DNA from: Rhynchobatus australiae
Taxonomy: Eukaryota
Reading direction: 5' to 3'
Length of the DNA stretch: 64,000 nt
Assembly: GCA_034780895.1 (NCBI GenBank)
Contig: JAUZTB010000066.1
Span: 28,080,034 to 28,144,033 of the forward strand
Both the position numbers and the translations under genes were made by a program. This document shows, piece by piece, positions 25,131-39,212 of this stretch; position 1 is the first letter of the stretch, and every line of letters starts with the position of its first letter. The notes below the pieces were generated by a model that ran no database searches, had not been told where the DNA came from, and was given only the letters and a program-made list of their open reading frames with translations.

Positions 25131-27184
25131 TTCTTTTAACTTGGAATTTCCTTCTGCACTTTTCTTCTGTTCTGCGATATGAGGTAATGCATTAGTGCTT
25201 GAAGAGGTATTGTGGTAAACAGTGGTATGAGATGTACATTAGAATGTCATTTCTGTAAATTTTGGTGCATTAGTGACCTAATGACTACCTGAGTGTGTGG
25301 GTCTGTTGCTGGAAGTTGTCTTTAGATAGAATCAGCCTTTTTTTTAAAAAAACCTCAATGGATCTTCCTCGGGTCACTCAAAGTCCTCCTCCAGTCATGA
25401 CCCCAGCAATATCATCCTACTATGGGTGGTGGTAATAATCCCAACACCCTGATCCAACTTGAGTTCTGATTTCTACCCCCCATTCCATGGCCTGGACTCG
25501 CTGCCAATATGGAGGGAATGGAGGAAAGGCTTTTGAGTCTATTATTTTTATAATATTTTTATTTTAATGAACAGTTCTGCAGTGATGGACCCACACAATA
25601 TACATTTTATTGGCCTGCTGGATGCAGCATATATGCTACAGCTTTCCAGGAACCAGAGAATTCCTAGGCCTTCAATTCATTGCTCCCATTGAATGTGTAC
25701 CTTTTATTAATCTTGCCTGCCTTCTATCACTCCTCACTAGTCAACATTGGGCTATACTGCCAATGGCTTAGCTGTCATTTACTACTAGAAAGATTGAAGT
25801 TCTAGTTTGGAATGAAGCTTGGGTTGAAAGTATACTAAAGCATTTGCTGGACAATNNNNNNNNNNNNNNNNNNNNNNNNNNNNNNNNNNNNNNNNNNNNN
25901 NNNNNNNNNNNNNNNNNNNNNNNNNNNNNNNNNNNNNNNNNNNNNNNNNNNNNNNNNNNNNNNNNNNNNNNNNNNNNNNNNNNNNNNNNNNNNNNNNNNN
26001 NNNNNNNNNNNNNNNNNNNNNNNNNNNNNNNNNNNNNNNNNNNNNNNNNNNNNNNNNNNNNNNNNNNNNNNNNNNNNNNNNNNNNNNNNNNNNNNNNNNN
26101 NNNNNNNNNNNNNNNNNNNNNNNNNNNNNNNNNNNNNNNNNNNNNNNNNNNNNNNNNNNNNNNNNNNNNNNNNNNNNNNNNNNNNNNNNNNNNNNNNNNN
26201 NNNNNNNNNNNNNNNNNNNNNNNNNNNNNNNNNNNNNNNNNNNNNNNNNNNNNNNNNNNNNNNNNNNNNNNNNNNNNNNNNNNNNNNNNNNNNNNNNNNN
26301 NNNNNNNNNNNNNNNNNNNNNNNNNNNNNNNNNNNNNNNNNNNNNNNNNNNNNNNNNNNNNNNNNNNNNNNNNNNNNNNNNNNNNNNNNNNNNNNNNNNN
26401 NNNNNNNNNNNNNNNNNNNNNNNNNNNNNNNNNNNNNNNNNNNNNNNNNNNNNNNNNNNNNNNNNNNNNNNNNNNNNNNNNNNNNNNNNNNNNNNNNNNN
26501 NNNNNNNNNNNNNNNNNNNNNNNNNNNNNNNNNNNNNNNNNNNNNNNNNNNNNNNNNNNNNNNNNNNNNNNNNNNNNNNNNNNNNNNNNNNNNNNNNNNN
26601 NNNNNNNNNNNNNNNNNNNNNNNNNNNNNNNNNNNNNNNNNNNNNNNNNNNNNNNNNNNNNNNNNNNNNNNNNNNNNNNNNNNNNNNNNNNNNNNNNNNN
26701 NNNNNNNNNNNNNNNNNNNNNNNNNNNNNNNNNNNNNNNNNNNNNNNNNNCCTTTTGTTTGTTGTTTTCTTACTTATGAAAGGACAGTCGTAGTCAATAT
26801 AAATAGAACTTGGATCAAAACTTGCCATTAAAATATCTTTACATGGAGGTACAGATGACAAAAGTTTTAATGCCCCACTGGGGATTGCATCAAACACCAC
26901 CGCATATTCTTTAGCTGTAACAGCCTATATTAGGAAAATATAATACCATATAAAGGAAATATGATATAAACATCTGATGTTTGTTTTTATTTGGCCAATC
27001 AATTACATTGTAAAATAGATGGTAAAAACAGATGGTAAACAAGTGTTTTTTAAAATTGTACAGAGGGGGAAGGTTGGAGAGGATAGAGGGCACGTCCATC
27101 ATGGGGTAACCATTTTGAAAACACGTGATTAGAAATAGATGAAAAAGTGACAAGATGAAATCTGTGGAGAGAGAGAGTAAACAG

Positions 27185-27510
27185 ATGGTTACCTGAAATT
27201 TGTAAATTTGCACTTGCCCAGATGAAAGATGAAGTTCTATTTCTGGAGGTTACATTGGTCGTCGTTGGAGCAATGTATAAGGCCAAAGACAGGTCAGAGT
27301 AGAGTGGGACAGAGAGTTAGGTTGAGGCTTGGGGTCCTTTGTGGACTGAATGAACATGTTTTTCAAAATGGTCATCCAGTATGTATTTGATTTTCTCCAG
27401 CGCAGTACATAACACATTATGAGCATTGAATGCGGTGCACTCAATTGGAAGAAGTACTTGTGAATTGCAGCTTCATCTGGAGGGTTGGTTTGAGTCCCTG
27501 GATTATGAGA
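27185..27510 (-). mobile_element. Penelope-like element GIY-YIG endonuclease fragment
   Basis: Minus strand encodes IQGLKPTLQMKLQFTSTSSN..RIQCS and ends with NFIFHLG..NFR, matching the Penelope endonuclease C-terminus. Confidence 0.65.
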
Positions 27511-27889
27511 AGGGTATAGTAAAAGGATGTGCTGTAAGCAGGCAAGATTGATTTGACAAGACTCGAGACTAATAAATATTAATTTTATTATGGATGGAGC
27601 GGATCGTAGAAAGTGTGTAGTAATTCATAGAATGTTGGCTGTTGTGATTTATGAGGGCCAATAGTTGAGCAAGAATGCGTTTTCCTCCACCAAGCTTTCA
27701 AGCCAGATAATGTTACTAGATCCTGCCAAATTTGTGTTGTAGCCAGATGTTTCAGAGAAGTACAAAAGGAACTGATGTTACTTGCAAGCATGACCCTCTG
27801 CCAGTATGGAGAGAACTCCTGTAAGATTTAGGAAGTGGTGCAAAAGAAAGCAAGAAGAATGACTTCAAGTAAAGTACTGAAGTGGAGAG

Positions 27890-28835
27890 AGAATTAGTTG
27901 GCAGACAGGAAATAAAGCAGAAATAAATGGGTCTTCTGAGTGGCATGCAATGATTAGTGGGGGCAGGTATTCATAACGTATATTAATGATTTGGATGAGG
28001 AAATTAAATGCAATGTAGCCATGTTGTCAAATGTCAAACGTGGATTGGAGTGAGAGTTCTGTGGAAGATGCACAGAAGCTCCTGTGTGATTTGGATAAAT
28101 TGAGGGATTGGGCAGATGCTGTATAATGCAGATGAATGTGAGGTTATTATTAATTAGGTGGCTATAACAATAAGGTAGATTATTATCTGAATAATAGATT
28201 AGAAAAGGCTAAGGTATATTGAGACCTGGGTGTCTTTGTACATCAGTCACTGAAAGTAAGCATGTAGTTTCAACGGGAGTTTAAGAAGGTGTGTAGCTTT
28301 CAGAACAAGAGGATTTAAGTATGGGAGCAGAGGGGTATCTTGCTACACTTCTACATGGTCTCGATGAGACTGCCTTGAGTATTGTCTGCATTTCTGGCGG
28401 GAGTGCAGTAAAGCTTCAGGCTGATTTCTGGGTTGGCTAGATTGTCATATGAAGAGAGGTTAGGCTTATTATGAAAGATTGGGAATGAAAGGGAATCTCA
28501 TTGAAACTTGCAATTCTGCCAGACTGGACTAGATGTAAGAACTATTTTTCCAGTAGTGGAGGAGTCCAACAGAGGTAACTGCCTAAGGATTAAGATATTC
28601 AGGAATGAGAAGATAAGAAATTTCTTCAACCAGAGTGTGGTGAACCCTGGGAATTTTCTATCACAGAAGGTACTTGAAGGCGGATCATTGGGTATATTCA
28701 AGAAGTTTGATGTGGGTCTTAGGGTTAAGGGATCAAGGGATGTGGAGTGAAAGCAGGATCAGAGTACTGAACATGATCATAGTGCATGACAGAACAGGAT
28801 CAAGGGGTAGAATGACCGATCCCTGCTTTTATTTT
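27890..28835 (+). mobile_element. CR1 RT C-terminus and 3' end
   Basis: YINDLDEEI, GAGACCTGGGTGTC, and ORF 28508 RNFFNQSVVNPGNFLSQKV. Confidence 0.8.
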
Positions 28836-29149
28836 CAATGTTAAACTCTTTGTATCTTACCCTCTTTTTAAGCATGATCATTTGTCCCAAATTCTTCTCC
28901 GCTTGCTGCAATTGTACACATATTACAATCTTCACTTTATCTATTTTCTTCATTTTCGAACTCTATATCACAACCTGGGCATTTATATGTTTGGGTAATT
29001 GTACCGGGTCCTCACTGTATATTTCAATAATACAGCAGGATTACATTGTATCAATTTTATTGTATACTTCAAGATGAATTTGGTTTTATTTTCTGGTTGC
29101 CATAATCAAAACTGAGNNNNNNNNNNNNNNNNNNNNNNNNNNNNNNNNN

Positions 29150-29790
29150 NGATGTCCCAATGCAACATTTGCAAAAGTCACCAAAAGGATAATAAAAGTA
29201 AGGTGCAATTAGGAAAGCCAACAATATTTATTGCTAAGGGAATTGAATACAAACATAGATTATGCTTCATTTATATAGGATATTGACATTATGTGGAGTA
29301 CAGAGTACAGTATTTGTCATCTTTAAGAAACAATATTAATGCATTGGAATAAGTTCAGATAATTGTTTCATGTATTTATTAGACTAATACTCAGAATGGA
29401 CAGGTTGCCTTATGAGGAAATGTTGGGGAGACTATGATTGTATCTACTAGTGTTTAGAAGTGGGAGAGGGGCTGATGGAAATTTGCCAGATCCTCAGGAA
29501 CTGTGACACAGTAGATATGGAGATGATGTTTTTCTATGGGAAATTCTAGAACTTTTAACAATAAGCAGTCACTCATTTAAGACTGAAATGAAGCAGTTTT
29601 TGTTTCTGAAGTTTGTCTTGAGTCTTTGGAGTTCTCCCTTGGAGGCTGAGTGTTTTTAAGGTAGAAGTAGATTGATTCTTGATAAGGAAAAGGATGAAAG
29701 ATTACTGTAGAGTTGAGGTTGTTGTCAGAACAGCTGTAAACTTATTAAATGGCATGTAGAGGGGCCTACTCATTTTATATTTTATATATT
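29150..29790 (+). mobile_element. Old CR1 3' fragment
   Basis: CAATTAGGAAAGCCAA, GGGAATTGAATACAAA, GTTGCCTTATGAGGAAA and CATTTAAGACTGAAATGAAG motifs. Confidence 0.65.
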
Positions 29791-32700
29791 CATACCATTT
29801 GGTTTCAGTGAAAAATTTGTCAGGACCTTCTAATTTTTCATGGATGATGTGCCATCTAAAATTTGTTAGTTTTTCTCACCATCTTCCAAGTCATCCTTGA
29901 TACTCACCAACTGAGTCTTTATCAACTGATCTCAGTTGGAAATCTGCCATTGCTGTGCTTTAGCTAATACAAGGTTATTACATTTAGCACTTAAGATGCA
30001 TTGTGGGAATGAGAATCTTGTCTAAAAATGGTCATTACAACTGCTCTCAATGGCCAAGAACCAATGACATGATGTGCTCTTATTAGCCAAGCAGACATGA
30101 AGAACATGGCTGTGTTTTAATAAGCAGTTTGGACACATTTGGTGAGCTTCTAAGTTTTGATTTTATTATCTGTTTTCTAGTTTTATTTTTAGTAAAGATA
30201 TTGTTTCTTGGCCAAGAGTGCTATAACAGATCAGTGCTTTGCGGGATACTGCTAAGCGATGCACAAGCGATGACACTCTGCTTCAGAAGATCTCCTATTA
30301 TTTAGCTGTCTACCCAGGGGAATTGGTATGGATGACAATGCATAATAATGGACAAAACTAAAATTGGCATAACTTATAGGCTTTGTTATCAGCAGGTACG
30401 CTATTGGAGAGAATATTAGTCTTGAATTTAATCCATGAGGAGTTTGTAGCAAAGATAATTCAGGAATAATGGTGGTTTATTCTTCATATATAATTGCAAG
30501 CTGTTGTTACTATAGGACCTTCAACTTGGCAAAGTGTCCCAGTATGCTTCTGTCATGCCTTATCAGATGAGATATTGACTCCAAGCCATTCGGAATCCTA
30601 GGCACATAACACATGGCATGTGCCAACTCAACTCTCTCTCCAGTGCACACCCCAATAATATGTAACAGTCAATTTACTTGTAAAGTGGAAAATTTACTGT
30701 AAAACCCTAATTTGACCATCTGATTGTTTGAAATATTGATGGTCTGGCAATTTGCTCAATCGTTAGTCTGACATGTGAGCCAGGAGTCCAGAGTACAATC
30801 GGGGTGTGTGTCCAGGACTGGGGCATGGACTGTGGGTTGCATGTATGGCTGGAGCTGGGGTTTGGGTCCAGACCACCAGGTGACAGGAATGTGGGTGAGT
30901 TTGTGACCAGAGCTTTGGTACAGAGTGCTTGTCTATTCTCTGTTCCTTTTAAACTCAGTGAGTTCACTGGAAGATTTATTATATTACTCTGTCCTAAGGA
31001 CTTACCACTTTCAAAGTCAACCAGACACCCACAGCCTGGTCCTGACATGATTAAGTGTGAAAATGAGAATAATTTTTGGCTGACCAAGAGTCAAGGATAC
31101 CTGTAATATTATTGAGAAGGATACTTGTAATATTATACCTGTGAAGACTGAGAAAGTTTTAGATTATTATAAACTGACCAAAAAGTTGATAGAGGGAGAG
31201 GATAGAATATGAGAGCACATTAGCAGAAGTATTTTAAAATAAAAAGTGTAAGAGCTTCTACAAGCATGCATTGAAAAAAGAACAAAAGTAAATGTGAATC
31301 TCACTGAATCAAAGGCAAAAGAAATTGCACTCATGGAAAAGGAAATGGTTGGGCTATTAAACAAATATTTTGCACCTGAATTCACAGCAGTATCATAACA
31401 TTGTATGGAACAGAAGAAGCCTATGTCCTCTTTGCAGAGCACTCTATCCAGTCCCATTCACCTTTTATAGCCCTGCAAATATTTTCTCAAGTCCTATCCT
31501 GCATGATGAAGAATGTGAGAATTGCTTTCAAAAGAATGCACGTTTGAGCCTGTCTGGAATTTGTTGCTGGCAGTTTGTCACCAGCTTGCATGCTGTGCCT
31601 TGATATTGAACTTCTAGTGAAGTTCATTGAGGAAGTGAGAACTTGGGCTAATTGCTCACTTTTTGTTAAAGAACTTGCCCAAGATTTCCTACCAGACCAG
31701 AGGGAGCATGAGGAGTATTTTAATAGAAGAGAAAGGTTACAAGCATTTTCCTCATGAGTGACATTTTTAAAAAAAACTTAGAATCTTCAATGGCTTATTA
31801 TTTCTGATGTTTTAAGGATGTGCAAATATTATAAATATATAAGCTTTGCAATTTTACCAGTGTCAAGCATTTGCTGATTTTTGAGTTTCAAAACAATTAG
31901 TTTGAATTGCTGTTTCAAAGATGTTTGGCTGTTCTGGCCTAAACTAGATTTGGTTTGTGGTCATATTTTTTAAATTGTAATTGTGGTTGGAGGATGGAAT
32001 GACTTGTAAGGCTTTCCAGTGGATAAACATCTCAAGTTCACACTCTTAAGAACAACTCAAGATGAACAATGTCAGGCAACTGTTGACTGCAGAATCCAAG
32101 TCAATGTAATTGGGCAGATTTGACATTGTTTCATAAAATTGTCTTTTTTTTTAAACAAAACTTAGATATTTGGATCATGCTTGTAAGCCAGGTAAGGAGA
32201 AATCATTGTAATAGAATTTGCAGCAGGTACTTGATTGGGTACCAGTTAAAATAAGGCCTCTTGGTTTTGGGTTAGGATTAGGGCTGGCAGGAACTGAGCA
32301 GAAAGCATTAGGGATAAATGGGCCATACCCAGCTTGCCCTTCTGTTATCAGGGGACATTACAAATATCAAATACCCCCCAGCCACCCCCCCCCCCCCAAA
32401 ACTCCTGGAAAATCATTTTTTTATTTTTATCTGTATGACTATGCTGACAATAAATGCCAGTCATGCACAATTTACCTCTTCAAGCAATTTGCTTCAAGAA
32501 TGCTGCAAAACACTTGTATGTACTGATAAGTCCCGTTTGTGGGATGCACTAGTCAGTGGTGTGACGGTAGTGGAAAAAGTCTGAAAGAGTAAAAGTATGG
32601 ATTGAAACAGGTAAGCAAAAGTGGGTTCGCAATTATGTGAAGGGAAATGAAGATTCAGTTGGATTAAAGTAATGCCTTAAATGAGTTTAAGTATTTTCTT

Positions 32701-33189
32701 TACAGATGTCAATTTAGTTGCATTTTATAGATATATGCAAGAAATACATCAACTATTGATGTTTTATTTAATAAATGAAATACTATGGAACACTATAAAG
32801 GAAAATAAACACAAATTGAACCTTGTTTGAAAAATGTTAAGTTCAAGTCCTAAATAAAAATGAGATAAATGAAAGCAAAGTGTAATGTGTTGCAAGATTG
32901 TTGGTGTGAAGCTGATTGGGACAACAAACTGAGAGGACACAGGCTATAAATAGATTGGTTGAGTGAACAAAGTCTCATTTAGAGTATGAGATTATTCACT
33001 TTTGTAGAAAGAATAGTAAAAGATTTTTTAAGTTGTGTAAAATAAATGTTGGTATATAGAAGGCTCTAGAAATGTTAATTGACTAGGTCTCTAGCTTCAT
33101 TATTGTTCGTGACTAAGTTTTGTATGGGGAAAAGTTGATATCAGAATGCATATTAGTCTGTTCCAATTAAACATTGAAATGTAACTAAG

Positions 33190-33275
33190 ATAATCCTGAT
33201 GCAAGGTCTCGAACCAAAACATTGTCTGTCTTTATGCTGAGTTCCTCCAGCAGCTTGTTTTTTTGATTCAGATTT
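33190..33275 (+). mobile_element. Penelope-like terminal repeat fragment with decayed hammerhead core
   Basis: CCTGATGCAAGGTCTCGAACCAAAACATTG..GCTGAGTTCCTCCAGCAG. Confidence 0.6.
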
Positions 33276-33289
33276 TCTTTGTTCTTAGG

Positions 33290-34620
33290 GGTTCAAAAAT
33301 AGTGACTGCAGTGACAGTGGATAGTTTGGTAGTTATCTTTCAGGATCCTGTGGAATCTGGAAAGTAGGGATTGAAAAAGCAGGGAATTGTAAATGTCTGT
33401 TGGGGAAAATGGTGTAATCTATTAAGAAAGGGCGTAGTAATAGCACTCTTTATCATAAAGCAATTAGGCAGAGTCAACACAGTTTTATGAAGGGAAATTG
33501 TGTTTGAAAAACTTAATTGAGGATGTACTTTAGGAACAGTATTGAGGTGGCTGTACACTGGAGAAGGAGTGCTGAGGTAATGAGGCACTTTCACATGATT
33601 GGATTTCCAAAAGGGGTTTGACAAATTGCCACACAAGTTATGGGTTTGTGGTATGAAGAGCAGTGCATTAGCATGGATAAAGGATTGGTTCACAGAACAG
33701 AGTAGGAACAAATGGATTATTTTCAGTTTGGCAAACTCTTAGGATTGGGATAGGTCAGTTACTTGTCCATTTACAATTTATTTTGCTGTCTTAAATGAGT
33801 GTATTGTATCCAAGTTTGCTTATGATACAAAGGTAAGCAGCAAAATAAATCGTGGGAATACAAAAGGTCTGCACTGGGTTTATTGGCAGAGTAAGTGGAA
33901 GAGCAAAAAAGGTTGGTATGTGGAGAAATGAAGTTATTCGCTTTGCTTTCCTATTCCTCCTACCAGAATATTGTTTGAATGGTGTGAGAATAAGGAATGT
34001 GATATTTGGAGAGACCTGGTTTGTGCTCAGGAAATACAGAAAGTTAGAATATAGGTACAGCAAGAAATTAGGAAGGCAAATGGAATTTTGGTCTTTTACT
34101 GCAAGAGGGATGGAGTACAAATGTAGTGAAGTCTTGCTGTATTTGTACAGGATTTTGGTGAGATCAAGTTCTGAATTTTCATCTTTTTAACAGAAAAATT
34201 ATACCTTGAGGCAGTGCAAAAAGACTAGCTGGATTCATGGGATGAGGTTATCTTTTGAGGAAAAGTTGAGTAAACTGGAATTGCAGTCTGTGGAATTTAA
34301 AAGAATGGAAGTTAATCTAATTGCAAACACAAGATTTTGAAAAAGTGTGGATGTTTATGCTAGTGGGAGAAATTTAAAACTAAGGACATCATCTCAGGGT
34401 GAAAGTCATCCATTTAAGGTAGTTGAGGAAAAATTTGTTCTCTTGGTTGGTATTCCCTACCCCAGAGGCTGTGGATGCTGAGACAGGTTTTTGGACATGG
34501 GGAAATCAGCAATTGAAGATTAGACAAGAAAATGGAGTTGGGAATCCAACTTTCAGATCAGCTATAATCTCATTGAATGGCGAAGACCTGAATGCCCAAA
34601 AGGCTTATTCTTAGTTTTTT
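33290..34620 (+). mobile_element. Old CR1 ORF2 RT region to 3' end
   Basis: SQHSFMKG, LDFQKGFDKLPH, WIKDWF and SKFAYDTK motifs, then a CR1 3' UTR. Confidence 0.75.
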
Positions 34621-35924
34621 TATGCTATTCTCTCTCCTGTTGGAGATCTTCTCCATCAATGTAACCATCTGTAAATCTATTTGCACACTAACTCCCTGCT
34701 CCAATTTCTGTTCTTTTTCACAGCAACACATTGTTAGAAGTTATAGCCAGTGGGGGGTGTGTATGTTGTGCAGTTCCCTTTTAAAGGTGGATCATAATGT
34801 CATATCTGCATGGCTAAGTGCTGGCAGCTGTGTGAAATTTCATAGTTTCTTTTCATTGTGCTATTTGGTATTAATTGTACACAGTGTGTATAAAAAGCTT
34901 AGCAGCACTGTTGCATAAGGATCACAAAGGAAAGTTTGGATTTTCTTGGAACTTTGAGTTTGTGCTAATGCTATTCCAAAATGTTATTGAAAGACTTTTT
35001 TAAAAAAAATCAGCATTTAAAAAAAAAAGCAGAATTTATTTTCAAGTTGTGTAAACCAAATGGAGAAAAAAAAGGAATGTGTTTATACATTATTAGAGGT
35101 GAATAGATTGGAATGTGTCACCCCAAAAAAGGACTTGCTATGCGAATGCACATGAATAAATTGCAATTATGAATTCAACTTTGAGGATATAACGTGTAGC
35201 CAAGATTTAGTGAAGGGTAGCGTTAACAGTATATCAATGTGTGAGCACTTTTCTGTTGAACTCTATTCTGGTTATCAACATAGTGATCAAAAAGAAGAAA
35301 TTGAAAGATTCTAGATTTCACTGATTTTCATATGATGAAATCTGACTGTTGTCAAAAAAACTGGTACTAAGTGAAAGAAGATGGTCAGGATCATTATCAA
35401 CACTTGTTTTCATTTACAAAATCAACTTTATCAGTTCTCAACAAAATGATGCATGTTGAATATTTATTATATTTATAGTAGATGTGGATGCCAGGCATCT
35501 CAAGTAGACNNNNNNNNNNNNNNNNNNNNNNNNNNNNNNNNNNNNNNNNNNNNNNNNNNNNNNNNNNNNNNNNNNNNNNNNNNNNNNNNNTGAGATTTAT
35601 TTCAGACTGATATGTCTTCCAGTGTTTTTTGATTTGAGAATTTGCTGAAATGACAGAGGATACATTTTTGATCTGAGTAGAGCTTCAATTATCTATGGGA
35701 TTTCTTGCATCTGGTTATTCCATGCTGCTTTTGCGACTTAGCATGCATTTAATCCCATGTTACAGCTTTGTGGTTGGTTCCACTTTTGTTCATTAGGGGT
35801 TGTGGTCCATTACTGGTACCATTGACTTTGGCAGGAAGAGATGAGGTCCTGCAAAGGGAATTTGGGTAGTTAGGTACTAAGTTTTCATTTTGTTTCCTTT
35901 TTTTCTAAAACAAAAGGACCTCGA

Positions 35925-37550
35925 GGATTGTAACATCACGATTACTCCCTATGCCACAAGCTAGTGAGGCAAGAAATAGAAAGGCGATACAGTTCAATGT
36001 GTGGTTAAGGAGCTGGTAATGCAGGGAGGGCTTCAAGTATATGGATCATTGGGTTCTCATCCAAGAGAGGTGGGAACTGTACAAGAGGGACAGGTTGCAC
36101 CTGAACTGGATGGAAACCAATATCCTGGCAGGGAGACTTGCTAGTGCAACTCGAGGGTTTAAACTATTTTGGTTGGGGGGGGGGGGAGGGACCTAAAGCA
36201 TTAGTGTGGCAGACAGGATGAATGAGGCAAATATAAATGTTAAAGTGAGAAAATTCAGTGGACAGGATTTGTATCTAGGAGCAAGACGGAGAGTCAGGAA
36301 GAGTTGATAGATGAAACTGCACTTGTTTTAATGCAAAAAGTTGGAGTAAAGCAGAGGAACTCTGGGCATGGATTGGTATATGGGATGGGGATATTATAGC
36401 CATAACAGAAACCTGGTTGAGGGAGGGGCAGGACTGGCAGCTCAATGTTCCAGGGTGCAGATGCTACAGGTGTGATAGAGGTGGTAAAAGAGGAGGGAGA
36501 GTTGTTTTTGATTAGGGAGAACATCACAGCAATACTTGGGGAGGATATTCTTGGGGAATTATACAGTGAGGCTATGTGGGTGGAAGGGGATGATCACCTT
36601 GATGGTAATGTATTATGGGCCTCCCAACAGTCCACAGGAGTTAAAAGAACAAATATGCAGGGAGATTGTATATAACTATACAGATTACAGCCTTGGGTGA
36701 TTTTAACTTCCCTCGTTTGCCTAGGACTGCCATAATGGAAAGGGCTTAGATGGAATTTGTTAAAATATCTGGGGGGAAAAATATATAGATGGCTTGACTA
36801 AAGGTCAACACTGGATCTCCTGTTGGGAAATGAGGCAGAGCAAATGACTGAAATGTCAGTAAGGGAGTACTTGGGGACCAGTGACCATAATTCTATTAGT
36901 TTTAAAATAGTTATGGAAAAAGATAGGGTTAGTCCACAAATTCAAGTCCTAACTTGGGGCAAGGCAAATTTTAAAGGCATTAATCAGGAACTTGAGGTGG
37001 ATTGGAGGAGGTCCTTTGCAGGTAAAGGGATGTTTGGCAAGTGGGAAGCCTCTGAAAGTGAGATGAGGAAAGTTCAGAACCAGCGTGTTCCTGCTTGATT
37101 GAAGGACAAAGCTGGCATGATTAGGGAATCCTGGGCTACGGGAAATCTGGAGGCACTGTTCGGGGGGAGAAAAGGGGTGTATGTCAGGTATAGGCAGCTG
37201 GGATCAAGTGAATCCCTTGGAGTACAAGATGTAGAAGCACACTTAAGAGGGGAACTGGAAGGGTAAAAAGAGGACACGAAATAGCTTTTGCAGATAAGGT
37301 AAAGGAAAATCCTGATGAGATTCTACAAGTATTTTGAGAGCGAAAGGGTAATCAGAGAGAGAATGGGTTCCTTAAGGATCAAAGTGATCATCTATGTGTG
37401 GTGCGCAGAAGGCAGGTGAGGCATTTAATCAGTATTTCTCATCTGCATTAACTGTGGAGAAGATAATGGAGGCTAAGCAATTAAAGGAAATAGTGATGTA
37501 TTAGAATGTATTAACATTACAAAAGAGGTGCTGGTGATCTTAAGGCATTA
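35925..37550 (+). mobile_element. CR1 LINE: ORF1 esterase C-terminus, ORF2 endonuclease and linker
   Basis: LLPMPQASEARNRK..FNVWLRSW, WELYKRDRLHLNW..TNILAGRLA, WDGDIIAITETWLREGQDWQL, GDFNFP and LGTSDHNSISFKIVMEKD. Confidence 0.88.
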
Positions 37551-37554
37551 GAAA

Positions 37555-37624
37555 AACTGGTCATTTCAACTTCCCCTCCCACACTATCACTGACATATCA
37601 GTCCTCAGCCTCCTCCACTGCCAT
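37555..37624 (+). mobile_element. Penelope endonuclease fragment embedded in CR1
   Basis: Encodes GHFNFPSHTITDISVLSLLHCH, homologous to HFNSLFPHDMFVLGPLYCH at 47654-47710. Confidence 0.65.
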
Positions 37625-37910
37625 GGATGGTCAGTCTATTTCCCAAGGTAGGAGAGTCTAAAACTAGAGGGAAAGATTTAAAAGGGACCCAAGGGGCGAC
37701 TTTTTCACGCAGATCACTATCATTGCAATATGGAACAAGCTGCCAGAGGAAGCTGTCGAGTGGGTAGAGTTACGATTTTTAAAAGACAATTGGGCAGTTA
37801 CATGGATAGAAAAGATATAGAGGGATGTGGGTCAAACAGGAAAATAGCGGACTAGGTCGATCTGAGCTAGTCCTTTGGTTGGGCTGAATAGCTTTTCTGT
37901 GCTGTATGAC
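37625..37910 (+). mobile_element. CR1 3' end
   Basis: GGAGAGTCTAAAACTAGAGGG, WNKLPEEAV and TTCTGTGCTGTATGAC tail. Confidence 0.8.
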
Positions 37911-38994
37911 CAGCTTCCCCTTCTACCTTACTCAATGAACAAAGGTTAGTTCAGTGGCTTGAAAACTATAGTAGAATGAAGAATGTATAAGGGCAGAGGT
38001 TACATATTCTGACGAAATACAATTCTACTGATATTGGCTTCAGTTCCTAATGAAACCCCAGATTTGAGCTGCCAAATCGGTTCACTCTCTTTCCTAGTTG
38101 GCATGAAAGTATTACCATATAACATGGTACAGATGTCTTNNNNNNNNNNNNNNNNNNNNNNNNNNNNNNNNNNNNNNNNNNNNNNNNNNNNNNNNNNNNN
38201 NNNNNNNNNNNNNNNNNNNNNNNNNNNNNNNNNNNNNNNNNNNNNNNNNNNNNNNNNNNNNNNNNNNNNNNNNNNNNNNNNNNNNNNNNNNNNNNNNNNN
38301 NNNNNNNNNNNNNNNNNNNNNNNNNNNNNNNNNNNNNNNNNNNNNNNNNNNNNNNNNNNNNNNNNNNNNNNNNNNNNNNNNNNNNNNNNNNNNNNNNNNN
38401 NNNNNNNNNNNNNNNNNNNNNNNNNNNNNNNNNNNNNNNNNNNNNNNNNNNNNNNNNNNNNNNNNNNNNNNNNNNNNNNNNNNNNNNNNNNNNNNNNNNN
38501 NNNNNNNNNNNNNNNNNNNNNNNNNNNNNNNNNNNNNNNNNNNNNNNNNNNNNNNNNNNNNNNNNNNNNNNNNNNNNNNNNNNNNNNNNNNNNNNNNNNN
38601 NNNNNNNNNNNNNNNNNNNNNNNNNNNNNNNNNNNAGGTTGAGAGCAACTTGCCACACTCTCAAATTTAGTAAGTGCTAGATGGTTCATCCAGTTTTACT
38701 AATTAGTTTAAATTAGTGGTTTAATGTAAATGAGTGATTTGTTATGAGTCAGTCACATTGCTGTGGGTCACAGGTCAAAACAGGTAAGACATCAGATTTC
38801 TTCTGACATTAATGAACCAGATGGGTTTTTATGACTATCCATTAATTTTGTAATTACCACCAGTTAGAGTAGCTTTTTGGAATATAAATCAAAAAATCTT
38901 GGTTATTTTATTAATTGAACTTAAATTCTCCAGCTGTTTCAGTGGGTTTGAATGTAAAACCAAGGTAGGAAACAAAAGGTAGGATGTACACAAT

Positions 38995-39212
38995 ACAGGC
39001 TATCCTCGGGTTATGAATGTCTGATTTATGGACACTCCAATTCATGAACAAGCTCCCATAGTATTATTAAATTCAAAAATTGGATTGCATGCAGTTGTTT
39101 GTTCCTATGAATGGCAAAACCAGCTTAATCCCTCCACTCTTAGTAATTTGTTCTTTCTTATCAGTCTCTTATACTATTTATTACAATAATGTGGAATTAT
39201 GATTACCATATT
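38995..39212 (+). mobile_element. Tigger-like DNA transposon end running into an N gap
   Basis: TA|CAGGCTATCCTCGGGTTATGAA is a Tigger-type terminal repeat with CpG decay. Confidence 0.5.

Noticed and set aside
30230-30325. Possible coding exon ISALRDTAKRCTSDDTLLQKISYYLAVYPGEL between AG and GTATGG
   Set aside because: Weak acceptor without a polypyrimidine tract, and the peptide is not recognised.
31575-31757. EEYFNRR motif suggesting a Harbinger transposase
   Set aside because: A single short motif with no catalytic DDE context or terminal repeats.
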